Positions 1-6,457 of a stretch of 10,838 bases of DNA are shown piece after piece; the stretch's first letter is position 1, and each line of letters starts with the position of its first letter. The DNA is from Candidatus Iainarchaeum sp. Its GTDB lineage: Archaea; Iainarchaeota; Iainarchaeia; Iainarchaeales; CSSED10-239. Location of the stretch: contig JAQVTI010000018.1 in assembly GCA_028700115.1 (NCBI GenBank), positions 1 to 10,838 on the forward strand. Reading direction: 5' to 3'. The notes beneath the pieces are model-generated. The model saw only the letters and a list, made by a program, of their open reading frames with translations, searched no databases and had not been told where the DNA came from. The position numbers and the translations under genes were made by a program.

Positions 1-134
1 ACACAATCACTAACCTTAACTTTACAGGAAACGCTAGTGAGATGTTTAAGACACTTGAGATGTCAAAAGAAAGAAGGTTCTTTGGTTCAGCTCTTGTTCC
101 TGAGATGGTTATTCCTAAGGTTAAGTTGATTTAG
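1..134 (+). CDS. 3' end of an unidentified upstream gene (partial; ...TITNLNFTGNASEMFKTLEMSKERRFFGSALVPEMVIPKVKLI*)
   Basis: Frame 3 is open from the window edge to TAG at 132-134. The stop directly abuts the ATG of the next gene (TAGATG), suggesting co-transcription. No family can be recognised from 43 residues. Confidence 0.4.
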   Translation, partial: TITNLNFTGNASEMFKTLEMSKERRFFGSALVPEMVIPKVKLI

Positions 135-992
135 ATGAATTCTTTCATAATTAAGTTTATTAGTTTTATTAAAGGAATAACTATAACTCCTGTTGATGAT
201 AAAGTCATAAGATTAACTAAGAAAGAAAAAGAACTGATTTTAAGAAAAAGCATTTTAGGCAAATGCATCTTGAATTTTGAAAAAGTTTTTAAATATTCTA
301 AAGACAACAAGATAAACTTAACTAAAAAATATTTTGAAATTAATTTTTCTGGAAAAACAATTACCACTGACTTTGAACAAGTTAAAGAGATTGATGACGC
401 CATCCTTAAATATAATATTTATTATAAACTTAAAAGTGGAGACATTGTCTTTGACCTTGGAGGATATCACGGAGTTTATTCCCTTTGGGCAAGCACCCTT
501 GTTGGTCCTTTAGGAAAAGTTTATTGCTTTGAACCAGACCCAATTAACTTTGAGATATTGAAAGAGAATATTGAAAAAAATAATATTACTAATATAATTT
601 TAATCAATAAAGCCATCTCAAACAAAAACCAAACACAACGATTTTTTATAAGAGGGCATGGATCCAGAATTGTTGATGAAGCATTTAAAACAAACACCAA
701 AGGTGCTCTTTGCACCATCCCTTCCATTCCTCTTTCTCAGTTTATTAAAGAAAAGAATATAACAAAAATTGACTTTATCAAAGCAGACATTGAAGGAGCA
801 GAGATTGAATTTGTTGATGACTATCTAAAGAACATCTTGCCACTTGGTATAACGCCACACCTAGCAATTGCCAGTTATCACTACCGAAAAGACCTTGGCA
901 CTAACACCAGTAAGCAAATTGCAAAAGAATTTAAAAAGAACGGAATAAAAGTTAATATAGGAAATAAGAAACACGAATGTGTTTTTGTTTAA
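135..992 (+). CDS. FkbM-family SAM-dependent methyltransferase (Methyltransf_21-like) with an N-terminal extension of about 100 aa
   Basis: 285-aa ORF with ATG at 135, the only ATG available. Motif I-like 'DIVFDLGGYHGVYSLWAS' is followed by 'GKVYCFEPDPINFEILKENI' and 'IDFIKADIEGAEIEFV', the pattern typical of FkbM-type methyltransferases (xDxGAxxGxxS...xFEPxPxxF...IDxLKxDxEGxE). Confidence 0.8.
   Translation: MNSFIIKFISFIKGITITPVDDKVIRLTKKEKELILRKSILGKCILNFEKVFKYSKDNKINLTKKYFEINFSGKTITTDFEQVKEIDDAILKYNIYYKLKSGDIVFDLGGYHGVYSLWASTLVGPLGKVYCFEPDPINFEILKENIEKNNITNIILINKAISNKNQTQRFFIRGHGSRIVDEAFKTNTKGALCTIPSIPLSQFIKEKNITKIDFIKADIEGAEIEFVDDYLKNILPLGITPHLAIASYHYRKDLGTNTSKQIAKEFKKNGIKVNIGNKKHECVFV
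967..992 (+). terminator. Weak stem-loop plus T-tract overlapping the FkbM stop codon (candidate intrinsic terminator)
   Basis: 967-974 (AGAAACAC) can pair with 979-986 (GTGTTTTT) around the loop GAAT (975-978): 7 Watson-Crick pairs plus 1 G-U. It is followed by GTTTAAA. Only two G-C pairs, so it is thermodynamically weak. It lies in the 43-bp convergent gap region between the FkbM and radical SAM genes. Confidence 0.2.
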
Positions 993-1035
993 ATCAATAC
1001 ATTTCTTAAATTAAATATTAATTCTCTTTATAATA

Positions 1036-2139
1036 TTATAATACCCCACAACATCTACTACATGCTGGGAAAGCTCCACCAACTTTATTTAATTCTTTTC
1101 TAAAATGCTTATATTTCTGTCCATTCCAGATTTCATTTAAATTTTGTTTTAATATATTGCCTAAAACCATATCAAAACAACGAGTCATAACAATACAATC
1201 CCCATTAGATTGTATTTGCATAGCGACCCAAGGAATTAAACATTTTTTTTTAGATATAAATTTAGCAGTAAAATAATAGCCTGAGATTTTTTCTTTAGTA
1301 AATAATTCAGGAGTAAAACTAATTTTTTTGTATTTTCTAGCAAAATTGATATTCTCTAATAATTCATCAACATTAATTTCGTTTAGATCTATCCCTTTTA
1401 TACATGTGGGAGTTGCAATACAAATATTTGAATATCTTTTATTGTGTGTGTTTGCCATATCCTCAGTAATATAATTTATGTGAGAAAATGAAATGTGTTC
1501 AATTTCAGATATAAAGTCTAGTCCGTCTAAAAACAATTTTATTTGATTATAATTTTCAGGAGTAATTGTATAATTTATATTAATTTTTGGATAATTTAAC
1601 TGGTTTTTATTTTTTAAATCAATTAATTCTCTAATTCCGGATACTGCATTTTCATAAGAATTTGCAACCCCCCTCTGTAAATTGTGAATTTTAGGTGGAC
1701 CATCTAATGAAATCCAAATTTCATCTAATTTGTTATCTAAAAACAATTTAGCGAAATTCTTCAATAGAAATCCGTTTGTTGTTATAGAACAGCTCAAACC
1801 AGAACATTTTATCTCTCTTATTATATCAACTATTTGAGGGTGCAGGGTTGGTTCGGTAGATATTATAGAAATTTTAGGATCAAAACTTTTTACTTTATAA
1901 CAAATTTGTTTTATATCTTCTAAAGATAATTGCGCTTTTTTATTCATATTACTATAAAATTGACTGTCTGTTTTTTGACCAAAATCGCACATTTTACATT
2001 TTAGATTACAAACGCTATTTATCGTTAAATATATAGTTTTAGGCATTGAAAAACAAAACCCATTTTTATTCAAATAAGAACATTTATATTTTATGCTATT
2101 TATAAATTTTGTTAAAGTAATTTTTCTAAATATATTCAT
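1036..2139 (-). CDS. Radical SAM enzyme with a C-terminal Cys-rich SPASM/twitch-like auxiliary Fe-S domain
   Basis: 367-aa ORF, ATG confirmed at 2139-2137. Canonical C44-x3-C48-x2-C51 'CNLKCKMC' is encoded at 2010-1987 (checked by reverse-complementing). The C-terminal 68 aa carry six Cys (C300, C315, C321, C360, C363, C364: 'CLIPWVAMQIQSNGDC...RC...ACSRCCG'), resembling SPASM/twitch auxiliary-cluster domains. Confidence 0.85.
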   Translation of the reverse strand: MNIFRKITLTKFINSIKYKCSYLNKNGFCFSMPKTIYLTINSVCNLKCKMCDFGQKTDSQFYSNMNKKAQLSLEDIKQICYKVKSFDPKISIISTEPTLHPQIVDIIREIKCSGLSCSITTNGFLLKNFAKLFLDNKLDEIWISLDGPPKIHNLQRGVANSYENAVSGIRELIDLKNKNQLNYPKININYTITPENYNQIKLFLDGLDFISEIEHISFSHINYITEDMANTHNKRYSNICIATPTCIKGIDLNEINVDELLENINFARKYKKISFTPELFTKEKISGYYFTAKFISKKKCLIPWVAMQIQSNGDCIVMTRCFDMVLGNILKQNLNEIWNGQKYKHFRKELNKVGGAFPACSRCCGVL

Positions 2140-2171
2140 AATAAGTATAAAATTCCAAAATATTTAAAGGG

Positions 2172-3233
2172 TTATGCTTTTAATGCACTTAATTCTAATT
2201 TTTGGGAATTAAATTCTAAATCAAATAAATCAAATAAATTTAATTTATCCTCTAATTTTTTTAGAATTGGTTGTAATGTTTTATTTTTAGATAAATAAAG
2301 AAGCGATTTTAATTGTACAATAATTAAATCATTATACATTCTTGAATTTAATATTCTTGCAGCGCCTAATCCGTGATAGGTCCATTTTTCTTTATATATA
2401 AAAATTGTTCGATTTTTTATAAATGAATTAACATATTTTTTAAACAAATTTAAATATTTTTTTTCTCTAGTTATAGAATACAGGTCATAAATAGCTAAAA
2501 CCGAAAACAAATACCCATCTAATATTATGCTTGGATTTTTTGTAGGATATTCTTCAATAAAACAAAAATTATTATATTTTCTGCTCAGACCACCTTTTTT
2601 AATATCTAAAAACATTATACGCCCTAATTTTATAGCCAACTCTTTATATTTTTCGTCGTTCTTTATTAAGTAATATCTTAAAAAAAAACTTATTAAAATC
2701 CCTTGAGCTAATCCAGAAATCCACGGTTTATTTATATTTTCAGACCCTAATTTCCAATTAAAATCATAATATATTTTTGCACTATCATTTTCAATTTTTA
2801 TATTTTTAATTAACCAAATTATTTGTTTGTCTGCAACATCTAAATATTTTTTATCATTCTTTAATACATATTTGTTTAAATTTTGCAAACCAAACCAAGC
2901 AACATATGCTGGATTATATTTTAAACCAATATTGCAATAATTATTTATGGCAACACCATTTGAATCAATTATTAAATTATCTAAAAATAGCTTTTCACTT
3001 TCAATATAATATAATCGCCTATCTTTTATTGATTTATTATTAAAATATACAGGATAACGTTTTATCCAACGATTAATTCTGAACCTTAAAATGACAAAAG
3101 TCAAAATAATTAATCCCGTTAAAAATAAATAAAAATTAATAAATAATAAACTAATCAAGATAATAAGACAAACAATTACTAAATATTTGTGCTTATTTAA
3201 AAAACGCATCATTTTTAAAATATAATATAACAT
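2172..3233 (-). CDS. Membrane-anchored D-glucuronyl C5-epimerase C-terminal-domain-like protein (C5-epim_C family)
   Basis: 353-aa ORF, ATG at 3233-3231. It has an N-terminal hydrophobic stretch of about 34 residues ('YLVIVCLIILISLLFINFYLFLTGLIILTFVILRF'). 'KPWISGLAQGILISFFLRYY' resembles the GLCE 'WYSAMAQGQAISTLVRAY' block. 'FIEEYPTKNPSIILDGYLFSVLAIYDLY' resembles GLCE '[27 protein letters not shown]'. The GLCE sequences are recalled from memory. Confidence 0.6.
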   Translation of the reverse strand: MLYYILKMMRFLNKHKYLVIVCLIILISLLFINFYLFLTGLIILTFVILRFRINRWIKRYPVYFNNKSIKDRRLYYIESEKLFLDNLIIDSNGVAINNYCNIGLKYNPAYVAWFGLQNLNKYVLKNDKKYLDVADKQIIWLIKNIKIENDSAKIYYDFNWKLGSENINKPWISGLAQGILISFFLRYYLIKNDEKYKELAIKLGRIMFLDIKKGGLSRKYNNFCFIEEYPTKNPSIILDGYLFSVLAIYDLYSITREKKYLNLFKKYVNSFIKNRTIFIYKEKWTYHGLGAARILNSRMYNDLIIVQLKSLLYLSKNKTLQPILKKLEDKLNLFDLFDLEFNSQKLELSALKA

Positions 3234-3242
3234 AATTTTTAA

Positions 3243-3246
3243 CCTC
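3243..3246 (-). promoter_or_regulatory. Shine-Dalgarno-like GAGG for the C5-epimerase-like gene
   Basis: + strand CCTC at 3243-3246 reads GAGG on the - strand, with a 9-nt spacer to ATG at 3233. Confidence 0.45.
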
Positions 3247-3272
3247 TCATTAAATCACTATTTTTAACATAA

Positions 3273-4400
3273 CTATTTTATTATTATATTTTCGTATTTT
3301 TTACTGAGTTCTTTCCAATCATATTTAAATATATATTTTTTAATCCTGTTTTTATTTAATAAATCTTTATTTTTATAAACTTCTTTTAATATATTAGATA
3401 ACTCTAATACACTTAAACCTACAAAACCAAGATTTTTTTCTGCAATTTCATTATATAAAGAAGATCCCTTAACAGTATATGCTAAAACGGGTTTATTCAA
3501 TCCTAAATATATATAAAATTTACCTCCTACTGCATTATAAATTGAATTTCCAATATATAATAAATCACAATCACTTAATATTTCATTAGTTTTATCAAAC
3601 GGCACAAAACCAAAAAAATTTGAATTAATATTTAATTTTGTTGCCAAAAGTTTGTATTTTTTATATCTTTGCCCGCAAGCAAAAAACTCTGTTTCTTTCT
3701 TAATTTTTTTTGGCAATAAATTTATTGCAGATAGTAATTTATCTACTTCCTGATACTTTAAAAAACTACCCGCATATCCTATTTTTAATTTTTTTTCTTC
3801 TTTATTTTTCTTTTTTATCTTAAAATAATTTAAATCTACTCCGTTTTCAATAATTTTTATATCCCCGTCATATTTTGTTTCTAATTTAATAACATCAGCA
3901 CATTCTTTAGTAACAGTTATAACTGCTTTCGCTTTTTCTAGTATTCTTTTTTGTGATTGTTTTTCTATTTTAGATTTTGTAATCCAGGGGTCTCTATAAT
4001 CTAAAATATAAGGGGTGTTATATTTGTCTAATAAATATTCTGCCAAATAGAAAGCATCCCATGTCGGTCCACTAGCGATAATTAAATCGAAATGCTTAAA
4101 TAAATTTTCATTTTTTATGATTTCTTTTTTTCCAGACATATAATAAAAAGAATTTCTATTTAATATTTTTATTTTATTTAGCAAAGACAGAAGTATGTTG
4201 TCCTGAACATTAAAATAAATCTTATTCACAAAATCTGTGTATAAATAATCGTCTTTTGGATAATTTTTTAATAATCTATCGTTTTTTCTAGTAAATACAA
4301 AAACATCGTGATTATTAGAGAAATATTTAGAAATGTAATAAATTCTATTGCCTGAAACAACAAAGGGAGGGTACCTTTCAGTTATAAATAAGATTCTCAT
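3273..4400 (-). CDS. GT-B fold glycosyltransferase (GT4/WbuB-like)
   Basis: The ORF track begins at 4409, but that codon is GTG (reverse complement of CAC at 4407-4409). The in-frame ATG at 4400-4398 gives 'MRILFITERYPP...', a typical GT-B N-terminus. It is preceded by GGAG (4412-4409) at 8-nt spacing and forms an ATGA overlap with the upstream stop. The C-terminal half carries 'GGKFYIYLGLNKPVLAY', resembling the xxKxxEYxAxGxPxx block of WbuB-like GT4 enzymes. Confidence 0.75.
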   Translation of the reverse strand: MRILFITERYPPFVVSGNRIYYISKYFSNNHDVFVFTRKNDRLLKNYPKDDYLYTDFVNKIYFNVQDNILLSLLNKIKILNRNSFYYMSGKKEIIKNENLFKHFDLIIASGPTWDAFYLAEYLLDKYNTPYILDYRDPWITKSKIEKQSQKRILEKAKAVITVTKECADVIKLETKYDGDIKIIENGVDLNYFKIKKKNKEEKKLKIGYAGSFLKYQEVDKLLSAINLLPKKIKKETEFFACGQRYKKYKLLATKLNINSNFFGFVPFDKTNEILSDCDLLYIGNSIYNAVGGKFYIYLGLNKPVLAYTVKGSSLYNEIAEKNLGFVGLSVLELSNILKEVYKNKDLLNKNRIKKYIFKYDWKELSKKYENIIIK

Positions 4401-5578
4401 GTCAAACACTCCAACAAAATTTGATGTAAAACAAAGGATATTTCTTTTAAAGAATATTTTTTTGAAAATGCAATTATTTTTTTCCTATTCCATTTTTTAT
4501 TTAATGCAATACCAATTGCATTTGCTAATTCTTCTGTATCGTTTGGATCTTTAACAAGTAATCCCACATCTTTTGATGTAATAATTTCTTCACTTCCTCC
4601 ATTTATTGTTGCAACAACGGGCACGCCACAAGCCATTGCTTCTATTTGAACAATCCCGAAGCTTTCTTCAAAACTCGGCAAAACTAATATTTTAGATTTA
4701 TTTAAAATAACTTTAATTTCTTTTGGTTTTTTTGATCCTAATAGTCTAACAGAATCATTTAATTTTAATCTATTTATTTCTTGGCAAATTTTATTTTTAT
4801 CTGCCCCCTCTCCTACAATATCTAACTTAATTCCGGGATTTTTTTTAAGTAATATGTAAAATGCATTAATTAAATTAATTTGATTTTTTTCTCTTATTAC
4901 TAAATTACCTATCGAAACTATTGTTTTCTCTTTTATATTTTGATATTTTTGATATTTAAAAATATCTTGGTCAAAACCATTTGGAATATGTATTGTGTCC
5001 GTATTGTATTTTTTTAATTTCGGAACGTCCTTTTTATTTACCCTTATTATAGTTTTTGCACCTTTCCATGCATTTATAAAATCAATATTGCTTTGTAAAA
5101 TCTCTTTTTCTAACCAAATCGGTCCTTCATGAACGGTTAGAATATATGGGACATCATATTCTTTGCTTATTTTATTTGCAACAACGCCACAGGGCTTAGT
5201 AAAGTGCGCATGTATTATATCAAAAACTAATGAATTGTTTTTAATTGTCTTTATTGCAGATTCCAAAAATAAAACGTTTTTGTGATTCTGATAATATTTA
5301 GAAAATGGTGGTGTTAAAAATTTTGGAAAAAACACACTTATATTTTTTTCAGAATAGTTTTCTAATTTTGAGGAATTTGTGAATTTTTTTGGTAAGAATT
5401 TTAGATTTTTAAAAATTTTAGGAAAATAAGGTATGGGAGAAATAACAAAAACCTTATTAAAATGTGGAGCAATGTGTTTTAATTGATTTTTTACAAAAAT
5501 ATTATTATATATGCTATTGTCTTTTGAAGGATAACCATCACAAATTACTAATAAGTTTTTTTCTTTTAAATTAACCAT
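4397..5578 (-). CDS. Family 4 glycosyltransferase (Glycos_transf_1 type, retaining GT-B)
   Basis: 393-aa ORF, ATG at 5578-5576, TGA stop at 4399-4397. Diagnostic C-terminal block 'LPSFEESFGIVQIEAMACGVPVVATINGGSEEII' (E-x7-E region of GT4). The N-terminus 'LLVICDGYPS' is typical of the GT-B N-domain. Confidence 0.85.
   Translation of the reverse strand: MVNLKEKNLLVICDGYPSKDNSIYNNIFVKNQLKHIAPHFNKVFVISPIPYFPKIFKNLKFLPKKFTNSSKLENYSEKNISVFFPKFLTPPFSKYYQNHKNVLFLESAIKTIKNNSLVFDIIHAHFTKPCGVVANKISKEYDVPYILTVHEGPIWLEKEILQSNIDFINAWKGAKTIIRVNKKDVPKLKKYNTDTIHIPNGFDQDIFKYQKYQNIKEKTIVSIGNLVIREKNQINLINAFYILLKKNPGIKLDIVGEGADKNKICQEINRLKLNDSVRLLGSKKPKEIKVILNKSKILVLPSFEESFGIVQIEAMACGVPVVATINGGSEEIITSKDVGLLVKDPNDTEELANAIGIALNKKWNRKKIIAFSKKYSLKEISFVLHQILLECLT
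4409..4412 (-). promoter_or_regulatory. Shine-Dalgarno GGAG for the second glycosyltransferase
   Basis: + strand CTCC at 4409-4412 reads GGAG on the - strand, 8 nt upstream of ATG 4400. It lies inside the 3' end of the upstream GT4 gene. Confidence 0.5.
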
Positions 5579-5583
5579 ATATA

Positions 5584-5617
5584 TTATTATTAATGTTATA
5601 TTATTATTAATGTTATA
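5584..5617. repeat. Perfect 17-bp tandem direct duplication (TTATTATTAATGTTATA x2)
   Basis: 5584-5600 and 5601-5617 are identical by direct reading. The period-17 identity extends to 5581-5619 (ATA before, TT after). It starts 3-6 nt upstream of the GT4 start codon (- strand ATG at 5578-5576). Confidence 0.9.
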
Positions 5618-5707
5618 TTTTTATATGCTTTTGAAAATAACAAGGATATTTACCTTAAAGTTGTCAATTCTAATCAAATTATATAAAAAACAATATAGAT
5701 AACTATA

Positions 5708-5736
5708 TAAACATAATTTAATAAAATTAATATACT
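5708..5736 (+). promoter_or_regulatory. Candidate sigma70-like promoter for the methyltransferase/amidotransferase operon
   Basis: TAAACA (5708-5713), 17-nt spacer, TATACT (5731-5736). The predicted transcription start near 5743 leaves a short leader containing the ribosome-binding site. In sequence this AT-rich such hexamers arise by chance, and if the host is archaeal the model does not apply. Confidence 0.3.
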
Positions 5737-5746
5737 GGCATAGCAA

Positions 5747-5752
5747 AAGGAG
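5747..5752 (+). promoter_or_regulatory. Shine-Dalgarno AAGGAG for the class I methyltransferase gene
   Basis: AAGGAG at 5747-5752, 8-nt spacer to ATG 5761. Confidence 0.65.
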
Positions 5753-5760
5753 ACAAACTT

Positions 5761-6450
5761 ATGAATAAATTAAAAGAAAAACTTAAAAAAACACAAATTG
5801 GCAATTTAGCTAGAATAATTATTGGAAAATTAAAAATAAAAAATTCCAAAACCTATTGGGAAAATTTGTATTTAAATAATGGCAATTCCGGATCTGGGTC
5901 TTATGGGAAATTGGCACAATTTAAAGCAGATATAATAAATGATTTTATTAAAAATGAAAAAATTACAGAAATGTTAGAATTCGGTTGTGGAGATGGGAAT
6001 CAATTAAAAATGTTTAAAATAAAAAAATATATTGGATTAGATGTATCTGAAACAATTATTAAAAAATGTATTGACAAATATAAAAACGATAAAAATAAAT
6101 CTTTTTTTATTTATAATCCCTTTTGTTTTTCAGATAAAATTAACAAATTATCTACAGAATTAACGGTTTCTTTAGATGTCCTTTATCATTTATTAGAATA
6201 CGATACATTCCAAAAATATTTAACTGATTTATTTAAAACCTCTAAGAAATATGTAATTATTTACTCTAGCAATTATGATGACATACAAATTGCTCACGAA
6301 AAAAGACGAAATTTCACATCTTGGATTGAACAAAATATAGCCGATTTTAAATTAATTAAAATAATAAATAATAAATATCCTTATGATCCTAATAATCCAG
6401 ATTACACTTCTTTATCGGATTTCTATATTTATAAAAAAATAAAAAAATAA
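5761..6450 (+). CDS. Class I SAM-dependent methyltransferase
   Basis: 229-aa ORF with ATG at 5761 and a strong ribosome-binding site. Motif I 'MLEFGCGDGNQ' is encoded from 5971. Post-I acidic 'IGLDVSE' and motif 'LDVLYHL' follow. The N-terminal 'YWENLY..GNSGSGSYGKLAQFKADIIN' block is one I recognise from methyltransferases found in polysaccharide loci. Confidence 0.8.
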   Translation: MNKLKEKLKKTQIGNLARIIIGKLKIKNSKTYWENLYLNNGNSGSGSYGKLAQFKADIINDFIKNEKITEMLEFGCGDGNQLKMFKIKKYIGLDVSETIIKKCIDKYKNDKNKSFFIYNPFCFSDKINKLSTELTVSLDVLYHLLEYDTFQKYLTDLFKTSKKYVIIYSSNYDDIQIAHEKRRNFTSWIEQNIADFKLIKIINNKYPYDPNNPDYTSLSDFYIYKKIKK

Positions 6451-6457
6451 TATTTAT

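Noticed and set aside
131-403. 90-aa ORF on the - strand from the ORF track
   Set aside because: It lies entirely antisense to the well-supported FkbM methyltransferase gene. Its translation is low-complexity (Leu/Ile/Ser/Lys/Phe-rich), with no motif and no ribosome-binding site. This is a typical shadow ORF in AT-rich DNA.
521-727. 68-aa ORF on the - strand from the ORF track
   Set aside because: It is antisense to the conserved core of the FkbM gene (the FEPDP...region). There is no recognisable motif or start context, so it is most likely a shadow ORF.
1009-1023. AT-only palindrome AATTAA-ATA-TTAATT in the convergent gap as a bidirectional terminator
   Set aside because: The 6-bp stem is all A-T with a 3-nt loop and would be unstable. 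Such palindromes are frequent by chance in this composition. The slightly better stem-loop at 967-986 is reported instead, with low confidence.
1243-1251. Homopolymeric A/T runs of 9 nt inside coding regions (1243-1251 in the rSAM gene, 2680-2688 in the epimerase-like gene, 10206-10214 in the flippase gene) as possible slipped-strand phase-variation switches
   Set aside because: In a genome of about 25% GC that is rich in Lys (AAA) and Phe (TTT) codons, such runs are expected from composition alone; they encode KKK, FF and FF. All three genes are in frame, and there is no evidence of length heterogeneity from a single sequence. Revisit only if read-level variation is seen.
993-2171. Possibility that the radical SAM/SPASM gene marks a RiPP (sactipeptide/ranthipeptide-like) cluster
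   Set aside because: The flanking intergenic gaps are only 43 and 32 nt, so there is no room for a precursor peptide gene. No protease, transporter or RiPP recognition-element protein is adjacent. Every neighbour is a glycan-assembly gene. A precursor encoded elsewhere cannot be excluded, but nothing in this window supports it.
2221-2238. Perfect in-frame 9-bp tandem repeat (TCAAATAAA x2) encoding FDLFDL near the C-terminus of the epimerase-like protein
   Set aside because: It has only two copies, is very short, and sits in a poorly conserved C-terminal tail. It is most simply a trivial slippage duplication with no evident functional consequence.
4348-4554. 68-aa ORF on the + strand spanning the junction of the two glycosyltransferase genes
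   Set aside because: It is antisense to two motif-supported GT genes that already tile this region with an ATGA-coupled junction. The translation is low-complexity and has no supporting signals.
5584-5617. Whether the 17-bp repeat could be a CRISPR array or a mobile-element terminal repeat
   Set aside because: The two copies are directly adjacent with no spacer, and the unit is shorter than CRISPR repeats. No cas, transposase or integrase gene or matching inverted copy exists elsewhere in the window. It is reported instead as a promoter-region tandem duplication.
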